The position numbers and the translations under genes were made by a program. A stretch of 64,000 nt of DNA, taken from the NCBI GenBank assembly GCA_044353665.1, contig JBILBN010000002.1:6263-70262 (forward strand), read 5' to 3'. Below the pieces are notes generated by a model. The model had not been told where the DNA came from and did not search any database. It worked only from the letters and a program-made list of their open reading frames with translations. The stretch comes from Chitinophagaceae bacterium (GTDB lineage Bacteria; Bacteroidota; Bacteroidia; Chitinophagales; Chitinophagaceae). The first letter of the stretch is position 1, and every line of letters starts with the position of its first letter. Positions 19,810 through 30,083 of the stretch are shown here, in pieces.

Positions 19810-20385
19810 TTAATTATTTTTTACGTTTAAGTTTTTGAAAGGCATACCTAATTCTTTTAATAATTCGTATGCTTCTTCGTTTGTGCGTGCTGTAGTTACA
19901 AAAGTAATGTCCATTCCACTAATACGAGGTAATTTATCAATATCAATTTCAGGGAAAATGATTTGTTCGTTGATACCAATTGTATAGTTTCCACGTCCAT
20001 CAAATGATTTATCATTGATTCCTTTGAAATCTCTAACACGTGGTAAAGATACGGCAACAAAACGATCTAAAAAATCAAACATATTTTTACCTCTTAACGT
20101 AACTTTCGTTCCAATAGGCATGTTTTTTCTCAATTTGAAATTAGAGATATCTTTTTTAGACATTGTAGCTACAGCTCTCTGTCCTGTAATATTAGACATT
20201 TCTTCAACAGCATTGTCAATTAATTTTTTGTCTGCAACTGATCCTTTAACACCTTGATTAAGGCATATTTTAGTCAATTTAGGACACTGCATAACTGTAG
20301 TATATGCAAATTTCTTCATTAAAGCAGGTACAACTTCTGTGCTGTATTTAGTCTGCATACGTGGTATATAACTTGTCGTACTCAT
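19810..20385 (-). CDS. rplE: 50S ribosomal protein L5
   Basis: 191 aa. Contains ...[13 protein letters not shown]...[19 protein letters not shown]. Operon order as expected. Confidence 0.95.
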   Translation of the reverse strand: MSTTSYIPRMQTKYSTEVVPALMKKFAYTTVMQCPKLTKICLNQGVKGSVADKKLIDNAVEEMSNITGQRAVATMSKKDISNFKLRKNMPIGTKVTLRGKNMFDFLDRFVAVSLPRVRDFKGINDKSFDGRGNYTIGINEQIIFPEIDIDKLPRISGMDITFVTTARTNEEAYELLKELGMPFKNLNVKNN

Positions 20386-20391
20386 TATTTA

Positions 20392-20736
20392 TTATTTTAT
20401 AACCTCACCCGATTTTTTTGAAACTCTAATTCCTTTACCATCTTTACGTTCACGACGTATTTTAGTAGCTGTTTTTGCATTTGCATCCCATAACATAACA
20501 TTTGAAATAGAAATTGGTGCTTCTTCTTTCACGATGCTACCTTGAGGGCTTTGCGCGTTTGGTTTTTTATGTTTAGTTTTAATATTCACTCCTTCAACAA
20601 GAACCTTAGGGTTTGTTTCATCAGGAATTACAGAAAGTACTGTTTTAGGTGTTGCTCTGTCTTTATCAGAACCAGAAATGACAACAACTTTATCACCTTT
20701 CTTAATTGAATATTTGGGTTTAAATCTACTTTTCAC
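20392..20736 (-). CDS. rplX: 50S ribosomal protein L24
   Basis: 114 aa. KOW motif IKKGDKVVVISGSDKD. Non-ATG start. Operon order as expected. Confidence 0.92.
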   Translation of the reverse strand: MKSRFKPKYSIKKGDKVVVISGSDKDRATPKTVLSVIPDETNPKVLVEGVNIKTKHKKPNAQSPQGSIVKEEAPISISNVMLWDANAKTATKIRRERKDGKGIRVSKKSGEVIK

Positions 20737-20754
20737 TTTTCTTTATTTTAATGA

Positions 20755-21123
20755 TTAAAGCACTTCTGGTGCTAATGATATAATTTTCATGTAACCTTTA
20801 TCACGTAATTCACGTGCAACAGGTCCAAAGATACGAGTACCTCTAGGTTCGTCTGATGCATTTAATATAACAACTGCATTGTCATCAAAACGAATATATG
20901 AACCATCTTTACGACGTAATTTATTTTTAGTTCTTACGATAACGGCTTTTGCAACAGTTCCTTTTTTTAAGTTACTTCCAGGAATTGCATCTTTAACAGT
21001 AATAACAATTTTGTCTCCAATGTGTGCATAGTCTTGACCAGAATTTCCTAAAACTCTAATACAAAGCACTTGTTTTGCTCCACTGTTATCTGCTACGCTT
21101 AATCTACTTTCTTGTTGTATCAT
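20755..21123 (-). CDS. rplN: 50S ribosomal protein L14
   Basis: 122 aa. [17 protein letters not shown]...VLCIRVLG... is canonical L14. Confidence 0.97.
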   Translation of the reverse strand: MIQQESRLSVADNSGAKQVLCIRVLGNSGQDYAHIGDKIVITVKDAIPGSNLKKGTVAKAVIVRTKNKLRRKDGSYIRFDDNAVVILNASDEPRGTRIFGPVARELRDKGYMKIISLAPEVL

Positions 21124-21262
21124 TTTATTTTAAATTTGATGATTTGATAAATTGGCAATTTGATAATGATTACCTAAAATCTAAATCCTACTTTTAATAT
21201 ATTTTTAATTCAAAGTGTTGTAAATAATCAATTTGATGAAAATAGCAACCCTTGTCATTAAT

Positions 21263-21538
21263 CTATTTAACTTTTTCTACTACTTCAACTAATCTCCAAC
21301 ATTTGTTTTTACTTAATGGTCTTGTTTCCATTATTTTAACGATGTCGCCAATTGAACACTCATTTTTTTCATCATGAGCCATGAATTTCGTAGTCTTTTT
21401 CAAGAACTTTCCATAAATAGGATGTTTTACTTTACGCTCAACTGTGATCGTAATTGTTTTTTCCATTTTATTACTAGTCACCAACCCTATACGAGTTTTT
21501 CTACGACTTCTTATGTTTGTTACTGGTGTTGCTTCCAT
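21263..21538 (-). CDS. rpsQ: 30S ribosomal protein S17
   Basis: 91 aa. Contains ...[28 protein letters not shown]...HDE...GD.V.I.ETRPLSK.K.W.L. Confidence 0.95.
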   Translation of the reverse strand: MEATPVTNIRSRRKTRIGLVTSNKMEKTITITVERKVKHPIYGKFLKKTTKFMAHDEKNECSIGDIVKIMETRPLSKNKCWRLVEVVEKVK

Positions 21539-21558
21539 TTTGAGTGTTTTCTTTTAAA

Positions 21559-21777
21559 TTATGCTCCTAATTGTTTACTACGTAATGCTGTTTTCAACTT
21601 AGCCAATTCTTTTCTCAATGTACGAATTGCCATTGGATTTTCGATTGGAGTAATAGCATGACTGAATTTCATGCGTTGAATACGAAGCGTACTTTCTTCA
21701 ATATTTTTAAGAATATCTTGCTCATTTAATGAGTGGATTTCTTGATTTTTACTTACTTTTTTAGTTTTAGCTGCCAT
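21559..21777 (-). CDS. rpmC: 50S ribosomal protein L29
   Basis: 72 aa. Position between rplP and rpsQ. Helical L29-like sequence ...ELAKLKTALRSK. Confidence 0.9.
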   Translation of the reverse strand: MAAKTKKVSKNQEIHSLNEQDILKNIEESTLRIQRMKFSHAITPIENPMAIRTLRKELAKLKTALRSKQLGA

Positions 21778-21794
21778 TTCTATTATTTTTATGA

Positions 21795-22217
21795 TTAAGC
21801 TTCCACAAAATCTCTACGAATTACTATTTTAGTTGCTACTGGTAGTTTCTGAGCTGCTAATGCTAAAGCACCTTTTGCAACTTCCATAGAAACACCTGAA
21901 ATTTCAAACATTATACGACCTGGATGAACAACAGCTGCATAGTATTCTAAATTACCTTTACCTTTACCCATACGAATTTCGGCTGGCTTTTTAGTAATTG
22001 GTTTATCAGGGAAAATACGAATCCAAACATTTCCTTCACGTTTCATATGACGAGTCATTGCCTGACGTGCAGATTCAATTTGTCTGTTTGTAATCCATTT
22101 AGGTTCTAAAGACTTTAGACCAAATGTTCCAAACGCTAAAGTTGCTCCGCGTTTTGCGTCCCCCTTAATTCTTCCTTTATGCGCTTTTCTGTGTTTACTT
22201 CTTTTTGGCTGTAACAT
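21795..22217 (-). CDS. rplP: 50S ribosomal protein L16
   Basis: 140 aa. Contains [16 protein letters not shown]...RMGKGKG..E. Confidence 0.97.
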   Translation of the reverse strand: MLQPKRSKHRKAHKGRIKGDAKRGATLAFGTFGLKSLEPKWITNRQIESARQAMTRHMKREGNVWIRIFPDKPITKKPAEIRMGKGKGNLEYYAAVVHPGRIMFEISGVSMEVAKGALALAAQKLPVATKIVIRRDFVEA

Positions 22218-22251
22218 GATATATAATCTGTTATGTTTTTTCTTTAATTAA

Positions 22252-23025
22252 TTATTTTTTTTCTCTTCTTCCTGCACCTCCACCTCTGTTGGCACCACCA
22301 CCTCTTCTATCGTCTCTTCCACCACCTGGTCTTTCAAAACCACCAACTCTTGGTTTGTCGTTTCCTGCAATGATATTAGGATTTAAATCTCTTTTTGTTA
22401 AAACTTCACCTTTACAAATCCAAACTTTGATTCCAATTTTACCGTAAACAGTGAGTGCAAAAACATTCGCATAATCGATATCCATACGGAAAGTATGTAA
22501 TGGAGTGCGACCTTGTTTCATTTCTTCGCTACGAGCAATCTCTGCTCCTCCGATACGACCACCTACTTTAACTTTGATACCTTCAGCACCCATTCTCATG
22601 GTGTTTTGGATAGCCATTTTAACTGCTCTTTTGTAGTTAACACGACCTTCAATTTGTTTTGCGATAGAATCTCCAACAATTTGAGCATCTAATTCTGGGC
22701 GACGAATTTCAAGAATATTAATTTGAACATCTTCTTTTCCAGTTGTTTTCTTTAATTCTTCTTTAATACGATCAACTTCTGAACCACCTTTACCTATAAT
22801 AATACCAGGTCTTGAGGTGTGAATTGTAACGATTAATTTGCCAAGCATACGCTCAATAACAATCTTTGCAATACCTCCTTTGCTAATACGAGCATTAAGG
22901 TATTTTCTAATATTGGTATCTTCGATTAGTTTTCCTGCGTAATCTTTACGGCTACCGTACCAACTACTGTCCCATCCACGGACAATTCCTAATCTACTAG
23001 CTATTGGATTTGTTTTTTGACCCAT
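22252..23025 (-). CDS. rpsC: 30S ribosomal protein S3 with Gly/Arg-rich C-terminal tail
   Basis: 257 aa. Contains [14 protein letters not shown]...KH domain. The tail is ...[30 protein letters not shown]. Confidence 0.96.
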   Translation of the reverse strand: MGQKTNPIASRLGIVRGWDSSWYGSRKDYAGKLIEDTNIRKYLNARISKGGIAKIVIERMLGKLIVTIHTSRPGIIIGKGGSEVDRIKEELKKTTGKEDVQINILEIRRPELDAQIVGDSIAKQIEGRVNYKRAVKMAIQNTMRMGAEGIKVKVGGRIGGAEIARSEEMKQGRTPLHTFRMDIDYANVFALTVYGKIGIKVWICKGEVLTKRDLNPNIIAGNDKPRVGGFERPGGGRDDRRGGGANRGGGAGRREKK

Positions 23026-23056
23026 TTTATTAATTTAATGAGATAAATCTCTTTTA

Positions 23057-23404
23057 TTAGTTATTACTGATTTTTTGATCCACTACTAAAGTAACATGAT
23101 TACTTCTTTTCAACTTTTGATATGCACGTCCTTGAGGAGCTGGCATCATACGTTTTATTGTACGAGCATTGTCAACAAATACTGTTTTTACAATTAATCC
23201 AGTCATATCTGCACCTTCGTTCTTTTGTTTCCAGTTAGCCACTGCACTTAAAAGCAATTTTTCTAACGGTTGTGAAGAATGCTGTGCATTGAATTTCAAA
23301 AAGCTAACTGCTTTTTCTACTTGCATCCCACGAATCACATCTACTAATAAACGCATTTTACGTGGTGATGTTGGGTAATTATTTAATCTTGCTACTGCTT
23401 CCAT
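23057..23404 (-). CDS. rplV: 50S ribosomal protein L22
   Basis: 115 aa. Contains MEAVARLNNYPTSPRKMRLLVDVIRG. Operon order as expected. Confidence 0.95.
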   Translation of the reverse strand: MEAVARLNNYPTSPRKMRLLVDVIRGMQVEKAVSFLKFNAQHSSQPLEKLLLSAVANWKQKNEGADMTGLIVKTVFVDNARTIKRMMPAPQGRAYQKLKRSNHVTLVVDQKISNN

Positions 23405-23439
23405 TTTATTTAATAGTTTCTTTTGTTCTAAATTTTAAA

Positions 23440-23706
23440 TTATTTTCCACCAGAGTGTGACTTAAAGTTACGTGTTGGAGAAAATTCACCTAATTTATGA
23501 CCAACCATAAATTCAGTAACATAAACAGGAATAAATTTATTTCCATTATGAACGGCAAATGTGTGACCTACAAAATCTGGTGAAATTGTAGAGCGTCTGC
23601 TCCATGTTTTTAGTACTGCCTTTTTATTTTTTCCGTCATTTATGTTCAAAACTTTAGTTTCAAGTTTTGCATCAATGTAAGGACCTTTTTTAATTGAACG
23701 AGCCAT
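23440..23706 (-). CDS. rpsS: 30S ribosomal protein S19
   Basis: 88 aa. Contains [12 protein letters not shown]...[19 protein letters not shown]...GHKLGEF.PTR. Confidence 0.97.
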   Translation of the reverse strand: MARSIKKGPYIDAKLETKVLNINDGKNKKAVLKTWSRRSTISPDFVGHTFAVHNGNKFIPVYVTEFMVGHKLGEFSPTRNFKSHSGGK

Positions 23707-23707
23707 T

Positions 23708-23749
23708 TATAATTATTAATTTTAAATTATTAATTTTGAATTATTATTA
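23708..23749. repeat. Heptad array NNNAATT x6 (TATAATT ATTAATT TTAAATT ATTAATT TTGAATT ATTATTA)
   Basis: Read directly. It also resolves as two 14-mers, ATTAATTTTAAATT / ATTAATTTTGAATT, with one mismatch. Fills the rplB-rpsS spacer. Confidence 0.8.
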
Positions 23750-24583
23750 GTTTTTAAGTTTTTTACCATTGCTTCTAACAATAATTAACTTGTCTGAACC
23801 TTTTTTCTTACGGGTTTTTTCACCTTTAGCGTATTTACCAGTACGAGAGCGAGGATGACCTCCAGAAGAACGACCTTCACCTCCTCCCATTGGATGATCT
23901 ACAGGATTCATGGCAACACCTCTATTTCTTGGTTTAATCCCTTTCCAGCGATTTACACCAGCTTTACCAGCTGTTTCTAAGGCGTGATCAGAATTTGATA
24001 CCGTTCCTACAGTTGCACAACATGAGATTAATACTTTTCTTAATTCCCCAGAAGGCATTTTAAGCACTGCATATTTTTCTTCTTTTGCATTTAACTGTGC
24101 AGAAGCTCCAGCACTGCGTGCGATAACTCCTCCTTGACCAGGTTGTAATTCGATATTATGAACCACAGTACCTAAAGGCATATTTTTCAAAGGTAAACAG
24201 TTCCCTACTTCTGGAGCTGCTGCCTCACCACTCATAACAGTCATTCCAACTTGGATTCCTTGAGGAGCGATGATATATCTTTTTTCACCATCAACATAAT
24301 TTAACAATGCGATGAAACATGTTCTGTTTGGATCGTACTCAATAGATTTCACAGTTGCAGGAATTGCATTCTTGTTTCTTTTGAAATCAATTACACGATA
24401 CATTTTTTTATGACCACCACCAATGTATCTCATTGAACGACGACCTTGTGCATTTCTACCACCAGTTCTTTTGATAGGCTCTAACAATGTTTTTTCAGGA
24501 ACATTTGTTGTTAATTCTGCATATGCGTTACCAATTCTCCAACGAGTACCTGCTGTGACTGGTTTGTATTTTTTTAATGCCAT
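23747..24583 (-). CDS. rplB: 50S ribosomal protein L2
   Basis: 278 aa. Contains [14 protein letters not shown]...GGGHK..YR.IDF...[13 protein letters not shown]. Confidence 0.97.
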   Translation of the reverse strand: MALKKYKPVTAGTRWRIGNAYAELTTNVPEKTLLEPIKRTGGRNAQGRRSMRYIGGGHKKMYRVIDFKRNKNAIPATVKSIEYDPNRTCFIALLNYVDGEKRYIIAPQGIQVGMTVMSGEAAAPEVGNCLPLKNMPLGTVVHNIELQPGQGGVIARSAGASAQLNAKEEKYAVLKMPSGELRKVLISCCATVGTVSNSDHALETAGKAGVNRWKGIKPRNRGVAMNPVDHPMGGGEGRSSGGHPRSRTGKYAKGEKTRKKKGSDKLIIVRSNGKKLKN

Positions 24584-24595
24584 TTTCTTATTTTA

Positions 24596-24892
24596 TTAGA
24601 ATGCGTATAAATCAATTTTTTCTCCTTCAGCAACTGTTATTGTTGCTTTCTTGTATCCAGGTTTACGTCCGTGAAAAATCCCAGCTTTTGTCATACGAGA
24701 TTTTGCTTTTGCAGGAACTACACACGTATTCACATTTTCAACACGTACGCTGTAAAACTCTTCTACTGCCTTTTTAATTTCCAATTTGTTTGCTCTTTTA
24801 TCAACAACAAAGCAATAGCGATTAAACTTGTCTGTTTGTTTGTTAATCTTTTCAGTAACAACTGGTTTTTTTATAATTTCTGACGGTTTCAT
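24596..24892 (-). CDS. rplW: 50S ribosomal protein L23
   Basis: 98 aa. Contains ...IIKKPVVTEK...FVVDKRANK.EIK.AVE. Operon order as expected. Confidence 0.94.
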   Translation of the reverse strand: MKPSEIIKKPVVTEKINKQTDKFNRYCFVVDKRANKLEIKKAVEEFYSVRVENVNTCVVPAKAKSRMTKAGIFHGRKPGYKKATITVAEGEKIDLYAF

Positions 24893-24922
24893 TTCTTTTA
24901 TTTTTTGGGTTTACCAATTAAA

Positions 24923-25558
24923 TTATGCTAATGCTTCCTCTGGTTTTGCAAACCCTTTCACAACACTTTCAGTTAATAATAATGTTTTTGCATTTACTAC
25001 ATCGTAGGTATTTGCACTATCAAAAATATTAGTTTTGATACGTTGAATATTACGAGTACTTAAGTAAGTATTATCGTTATAATCTGGTAATAAAAACAAT
25101 ACTTTACTATTTGTCAATTTTAAATTACCTAAAATTGAAGCAAATTCTTTTGTTTTAGGCGCATCCATATTGATATCTTCTACAACTACAATGCTATTTG
25201 CCTTTGCTTTGTGAGATAGTGCAGAATAAAATGCTAATTCTTTTACTTGTTTGTTTAATTTAAAATCGTAAGAGTGCGGTTTTGGTCCAAAAATAGTACC
25301 ACCACCTTTGTACAATGGATTTCTAATATTACCCTTACGAGCTCCACCAGTTCCTTTTTGCTTGTGTAATTTACGAGAAGCTCCTTGAACTTCAGCTCTT
25401 GTTTTTACTTTGTGCGTACCTTGATGTTTTGCAGCTAAGTATTGTTTAACAGCTAAATAAATTGTGTGATCGTTAGGTTCGATTCCGAAAAACTCTTGAG
25501 GCAATTCAACCTGACGGCCTGTTGCTTCTCCTTTTATATTTAATACTTCTATTTGCAT
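24923..25558 (-). CDS. rplD: 50S ribosomal protein L4
   Basis: 211 aa. Contains ...RKLHKQKGTGGARKG..R.P...GGG..FGP.P. Confidence 0.95.
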   Translation of the reverse strand: MQIEVLNIKGEATGRQVELPQEFFGIEPNDHTIYLAVKQYLAAKHQGTHKVKTRAEVQGASRKLHKQKGTGGARKGNIRNPLYKGGGTIFGPKPHSYDFKLNKQVKELAFYSALSHKAKANSIVVVEDINMDAPKTKEFASILGNLKLTNSKVLFLLPDYNDNTYLSTRNIQRIKTNIFDSANTYDVVNAKTLLLTESVVKGFAKPEEALA

Positions 25559-25566
25559 GATAATAA

Positions 25567-26184
25567 TTACTTTTGGATTAATACGATTGAACCGTTGTGA
25601 CCAGGAACTGATCCACTAACAATGATATAATTTTTTTCTGCGTAAATTTTCAACACTTTAAGTGCTTTTACTTTCACACGATCTCCACCCATACGCCCTG
25701 CCATGCGCATTCCTTTGAATACACGTGAAGGATAAGATGAACCACCGATAGAACCCGGCGCTCTTTGACGATCGTGTTGACCATGAGAAGCTTCACCTAC
25801 TCCAGAAAAACCATGGCGTTTTACAACCCCTTGAAAGCCTTTACCTTTTGTAGTACCGATTACACTAACCATTTCACCTTCTTCGAAAATATCACATGAA
25901 ATAGTTTCGCCTAACGCTTTTTGCATATCGCAATTACGCATTTCTTTTACAATTGATTTTGCTGTAGTATTCGCTTTTGCAAAATGAGAAATCATAGCTT
26001 TATTGCTATTCTTTTCCTTTTTATCGCCATAAGCGATTTGTAGAGCATTATACCCATCAACTTCTTCGGTTTTTACTTGGGTTACAACACAAGGACCAGC
26101 TTCGATGATTGTACAAGCAGTTTGCTTACCATTCTCTTCGAAAATACTGGTCATCCCAATTTTTTTTCCTATTATTCCTTTCAT
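25567..26184 (-). CDS. rplC: 50S ribosomal protein L3
   Basis: 205 aa. Contains [15 protein letters not shown]...[14 protein letters not shown]...SHG....R.PGSIG. Confidence 0.97.
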   Translation of the reverse strand: MKGIIGKKIGMTSIFEENGKQTACTIIEAGPCVVTQVKTEEVDGYNALQIAYGDKKEKNSNKAMISHFAKANTTAKSIVKEMRNCDMQKALGETISCDIFEEGEMVSVIGTTKGKGFQGVVKRHGFSGVGEASHGQHDRQRAPGSIGGSSYPSRVFKGMRMAGRMGGDRVKVKALKVLKIYAEKNYIIVSGSVPGHNGSIVLIQK

Positions 26185-26260
26185 TGTGTTTTAATGTTTT
26201 TAGTCAGCGCCTTGATTGAACGAGGATGACGATATCTTTAAAATTTGTTTGTTATTCTTA

Positions 26261-26566
26261 TTAAGCTTTTATTTCCACTTCAACTCCAGAGGGCAAATCT
26301 AATTTAGATAATGCGTCAACTGTTTTAGATGATGAAGTATATATATCTAATAAACGCTTGTGCGTACATAATTGAAATTGCTCACGAGCTTTCTTGTTTA
26401 CGAATGGAGAACGCAATACAGTGAAAATTTTCTTGTCTGTTGGCAGTGGCATTGGACCAGTTACAACAGCACCTGTACTACGAACAGTCTTAGCTATTTT
26501 TTCAGCAGACTTGTCAACCAAGTTGTGGTCGTAAGATTTTAGTTTTATTCTAATTCGTTGAGACAT
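26261..26566 (-). CDS. rpsJ: 30S ribosomal protein S10
   Basis: 101 aa. Contains [17 protein letters not shown]......V...GA.V.GP.PLPT. First gene of the S10 operon. Confidence 0.97.
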   Translation of the reverse strand: MSQRIRIKLKSYDHNLVDKSAEKIAKTVRSTGAVVTGPMPLPTDKKIFTVLRSPFVNKKAREQFQLCTHKRLLDIYTSSSKTVDALSKLDLPSGVEVEIKA

Positions 26567-26597
26567 ATATTTTTTCCCTATCTATATTTTGGGAGTG

Positions 26598-26605
26598 CAA
26601 AAGTA
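26598..26605 (-). promoter_or_regulatory. Candidate -7 promoter box TACTTTTG for the S10 operon
   Basis: The minus strand reads TACTTTTG (TAnnTTTG), about 32 nt upstream of the rpsJ ATG. No fusA or other gene lies upstream to supply read-through. Confidence 0.5.
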
Positions 26606-26753
26606 AGACAATGTTTTCTATCTAACAAGTTTTTTCTTTAATAATTTAAAAAAATTATTTTTATACTATTATTTAGATTTAATTAATGATTAAATTATTA
26701 AAAATAATATTTTAATCATATTGATTATTATGCAATTAGATAAGTAAATTTAC

Positions 26754-26761
26754 TATTTTTG
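26754..26761 (+). promoter_or_regulatory. Candidate -7 promoter box TATTTTTG for the 26788 gene
   Basis: TAnnTTTG match 27 nt upstream of the ATG. Confidence 0.4.
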
Positions 26762-26787
26762 TAGGCTCAAATATTTTTTTAAAAAAA

Positions 26788-29445
26788 ATGTATAAATTTT
26801 TACTCCTTCTTTTCTTGTTACTTAACTCCTTTTTAGGTTTTTCTCAATGTACATCTACAATCAGCAGCTTTCCTTACAACGAAAGTTTTGAGAACAGTAC
26901 TGGAGGTTGGATAAGTGGTGGCATACTATCGGATTGGGCATGGGGTGCTCCAAATAAAGCATATATTACTACAGCAGGAAGTGGCTTGAAATGTTGGATT
27001 ACTGGTGGTTTGAATGGCTCTAGCTACAACAGTTGTGAACGTAGTTGGGTTGAAAGCCCTTGTTTTGATTTTACCGCTTTAACAAAACCTCATGTTAAAT
27101 TTAATATTTATTGGGAAAGTGAAAAGAATTATGATGGTGCTACTTTTCAATATTCATTAAATAATGGAACAACTTGGATAAATGTTGGTGCTTTTAATGA
27201 CCCTATTGATTGTTTAAACCAAAATTGGTTCAATAATAATAATATAACTCATTTAGGCGTGTCCTCAGGTTGCAACCCAGCTTTGACATCTACCAAACAT
27301 GGTTGGGCTGGTTCAGTGGCTACTTTCCCATCTCCTTGTACTTCAAATAGTGGGAGTGCTGGTTGGGTTGTAGCGCAACATTGTATGTCAAACTTGGCTG
27401 GTGTAGCTAATGTAAAATTTAGATTTGCTTTTGGTGCAGGATCGACTTGCAATAATTTTGATGGTATTGCATTTGACAATATCACCATTGGCGAAGCACC
27501 TGCTAACAATGCTAACTTTACTTTTGGTTGTACCCCAACCTCTTTACAATATCAATTTACAAATACGTCTACTCTATGTCCATCAGGATTTAGTTGGAAT
27601 TTTGGAGATCCTACATCAGGCACGAATAACACAAGTATTATAACGAATCCAATGCATCAATTTTCAGCACCAGGTACTTACAGCGTAACTTTATCTGTAA
27701 ATGGTCCTTGTAATGCGCCTTCAACAATTACTAAAACAGTTGTAACAGTAAGTAATACAATTTCTTCGGTAAATGCATTGTGTTTTGGAACCAATACTGG
27801 CTCAATAACTTCTACTTTGAGCAATGGGAATGGCGTAATTACTTATACTTTACTTCCGTCAAATACTACAAATAATAATGGATTTTTTACCAACTTATTG
27901 GCTGGCAATTATACTGTTAATGTGATTGATGCTGCTGGTTGCGGAATATCATCTTCCACAACTATTGGAGGCGCAAATGCAATTAATGTAAGTACAAGTA
28001 ATATTCAACCTATTTGTAATGGTTTTGCCAATGGCTCTATCAATGCAACGGCAACTGGAGGTGCTGGTGGTTTTTCTTATGTATTAAATCCAGGAAATGT
28101 AAATAATAATTCAGGCATTTTTGCCAATTTGAGCGGTGGTATTTATACGATTATCTCTACTGATGCAAATTCATGTACTTCAGTAAATACGATTACATTA
28201 GGTCAACCAAATCCTTTAACAATTACTAATTTTACACTTCAAGATATTATTTGCGCTGGTAGTAATGCAGGAATTGTTACCATCAATGTAAGTGGAGGTA
28301 CTGGTACCATTAATTACAGTTTAAACGGGAGTACAAATACAAACACCATTGGTTTTTTTGGAAATTTATCTTCTGGCAATTATACCGTTACGGCTATTGA
28401 TGCACAAGGGTGCACCGTAAGTAGTGCGTTCACTGTTGCGGCTCCCAATCCTATTATTATCAATAATATTTTAGTAAAACAACCAGGTTGCACACCGAAC
28501 AATGATGGTGAAATAATCATCAATGCAGCTGGTGGAAATGGTCAATTAAATTATTCTATTAATGGCACAAATTATAGCACAACACCCAATTTCAATAGCT
28601 TAACGTCTAATATCTATACGATTACAGTTAAAGACTCTAAAGGATGTACTGCAACTTCTACAACCGAATTAATCAGCAACAATGCCCCTTCTTTTATAAC
28701 AACTACCACAACAGATATTAAATGTTTTAATTCTAATGACGGAGAAATTATAGCCTTGGCAACGAATGGCTCGATACCAATAAGTAATTACAGTTTATCT
28801 CCCGGAGGGAGTACCAACTCCACTGGTATTTTTAGTAATTTAGCCGCAGGAAATTACACAGTAACCGTAGTTGATAACATCGCTTGTAGCAATGTAACCA
28901 CGCTTACCATTAATGCGCCAAATGAATTAAAATTTGTATCTGTAAATTCTATTGCTGATGATTGTGGATCAACTAACAATGCTAAAATTATTGCATCTAC
29001 TTCAGGTGGAACCAATTTAATTACTTATTATTTAGAACCAACGAATAGTCAAAATTATTCTGGAATTTTTAGCGGTCTTGGGTATGGAAATTACACCATT
29101 ACGGCAAAAGATTTGAATGATTGCACAAATTCTACAACTATCAGTATTTTTGAAAAAATTTGTTGTGAAAATGTGTTTGTACCAACTGCATTTTCGCCAA
29201 ACAATGATGGCAGAAATGACGAATTGAATTTATTGAATAAAAATGGCATTATTTTGGACCAATTTATCATTGTAAACAGATGGGGCAATATTGTATTTAC
29301 TGCACAACATATTGATGACCGTTGGGATGGAAAATATAAAAGTATAGATGCTGAATTAGGCACTTATTATTATCTATTAAAATACAAATGTTCTTCTACT
29401 GATAAAAATTATTTTTACAAAGGAGATATTTTGTTGGTTCGTTAA
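26788..29445 (+). CDS. T9SS type B sorting-domain surface protein with N-terminal MAM/LamG-like region, PKD-like segment and SprB-type repeats
   Basis: 885 aa with a signal peptide. About 8 repeats of the C.G..(N/D)G.I......GG.G...Y.L type. The C-terminus VPTAFSPNNDGRNDEL...WDGKYK...YYYLLKY is the CHU_C/TIGR04131-type domain. Confidence 0.85.
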   Translation: MYKFLLLLFLLLNSFLGFSQCTSTISSFPYNESFENSTGGWISGGILSDWAWGAPNKAYITTAGSGLKCWITGGLNGSSYNSCERSWVESPCFDFTALTKPHVKFNIYWESEKNYDGATFQYSLNNGTTWINVGAFNDPIDCLNQNWFNNNNITHLGVSSGCNPALTSTKHGWAGSVATFPSPCTSNSGSAGWVVAQHCMSNLAGVANVKFRFAFGAGSTCNNFDGIAFDNITIGEAPANNANFTFGCTPTSLQYQFTNTSTLCPSGFSWNFGDPTSGTNNTSIITNPMHQFSAPGTYSVTLSVNGPCNAPSTITKTVVTVSNTISSVNALCFGTNTGSITSTLSNGNGVITYTLLPSNTTNNNGFFTNLLAGNYTVNVIDAAGCGISSSTTIGGANAINVSTSNIQPICNGFANGSINATATGGAGGFSYVLNPGNVNNNSGIFANLSGGIYTIISTDANSCTSVNTITLGQPNPLTITNFTLQDIICAGSNAGIVTINVSGGTGTINYSLNGSTNTNTIGFFGNLSSGNYTVTAIDAQGCTVSSAFTVAAPNPIIINNILVKQPGCTPNNDGEIIINAAGGNGQLNYSINGTNYSTTPNFNSLTSNIYTITVKDSKGCTATSTTELISNNAPSFITTTTTDIKCFNSNDGEIIALATNGSIPISNYSLSPGGSTNSTGIFSNLAAGNYTVTVVDNIACSNVTTLTINAPNELKFVSVNSIADDCGSTNNAKIIASTSGGTNLITYYLEPTNSQNYSGIFSGLGYGNYTITAKDLNDCTNSTTISIFEKICCENVFVPTAFSPNNDGRNDELNLLNKNGIILDQFIIVNRWGNIVFTAQHIDDRWDGKYKSIDAELGTYYYLLKYKCSSTDKNYFYKGDILLVR

Positions 29446-29686
29446 ACCAGTGATATTCTATTGCTATAAATCAACTATTTTAGTGGATTTATATAGGTTA
29501 TTTTTAATGGGTTTCAACGGGTTAATAATTCCTTTTTTTTCTGTATTAGAAAAAATAATACAAATTGTTAAAAAATAATTTTGTCGAAAAAAATAAGCAC
29601 CAAAAAATACGGTTGTGTTTTTTTTACTGTAACTTCATATTCGTTCTTTAAAAGAGTAATTATTAAAAATTTAAAATTATAGAATT

Positions 29687-30043
29687 ATGAATGTGAAAAT
29701 TCAAACACATCGCTTTGATGCCGACAAAAAATTGTTAGATTATGTACATGCAAAAGTTGATAAATTAAAAACTTATCACGACAGCATTGTAGATGTTGAG
29801 GTTTATCTTAAAATAGACAATGTTGTGCATCAAATTAAAGACAAAATTGCAGAAATAAAAGTACATATTCCTAAGCATACCTTTTTTGTAAAACATGAAT
29901 CAAAACAATTTGAAGAATCTTTTGACTTAGCATTAAAATCAATAATTGATCAAATTAAAAGCTACAAAGAAAAAGGCAATTCGATTCAATTTGTTGATCT
30001 TGAACAAATAGTTGATGATGAGGATGAACTCATTAATGATTAA
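29687..30043 (+). CDS. hpf: Ribosome hibernation promoting factor / RaiA family
   Basis: 118 aa. Contains MNVKIQTHRFDADKKLLDYVHAKVDKLKTYHDSIVDVEVYLK... with the S30AE-type fold signature. Confidence 0.85.
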   Translation: MNVKIQTHRFDADKKLLDYVHAKVDKLKTYHDSIVDVEVYLKIDNVVHQIKDKIAEIKVHIPKHTFFVKHESKQFEESFDLALKSIIDQIKSYKEKGNSIQFVDLEQIVDDEDELIND

Positions 30044-30047
30044 TATG

Positions 30048-30083
30048 AAAAAAGAGCGTCTAAAAATTTAGACGCTCTTTTTT
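30048..30083. terminator. Bidirectional terminator between hpf and the DinB-family gene
   Basis: AAAAAAGAGCGTCTA-aaaatt-TAGACGCTCTTTTTT. Confidence 0.85.

Noticed and set aside
21124-21262. The rpsQ-rplN spacer as another heptad-periodic array.
   Set aside because: TTTGAT recurs at 21135, 21143 and 21159 (offsets 8 and 16), so the period is about 8 and irregular. I did not count it as evidence for the 7/14-nt phenomenon.
18188-24883. Plus-strand ORFs within the ribosomal operon (18188..18397, 19130..19450, 20015..20257, 21374..21661, 23169..23378, 24577..24777, 24671..24883).
   Set aside because: They are antisense to highly conserved ribosomal protein genes and have no motifs. They are shadow ORFs.
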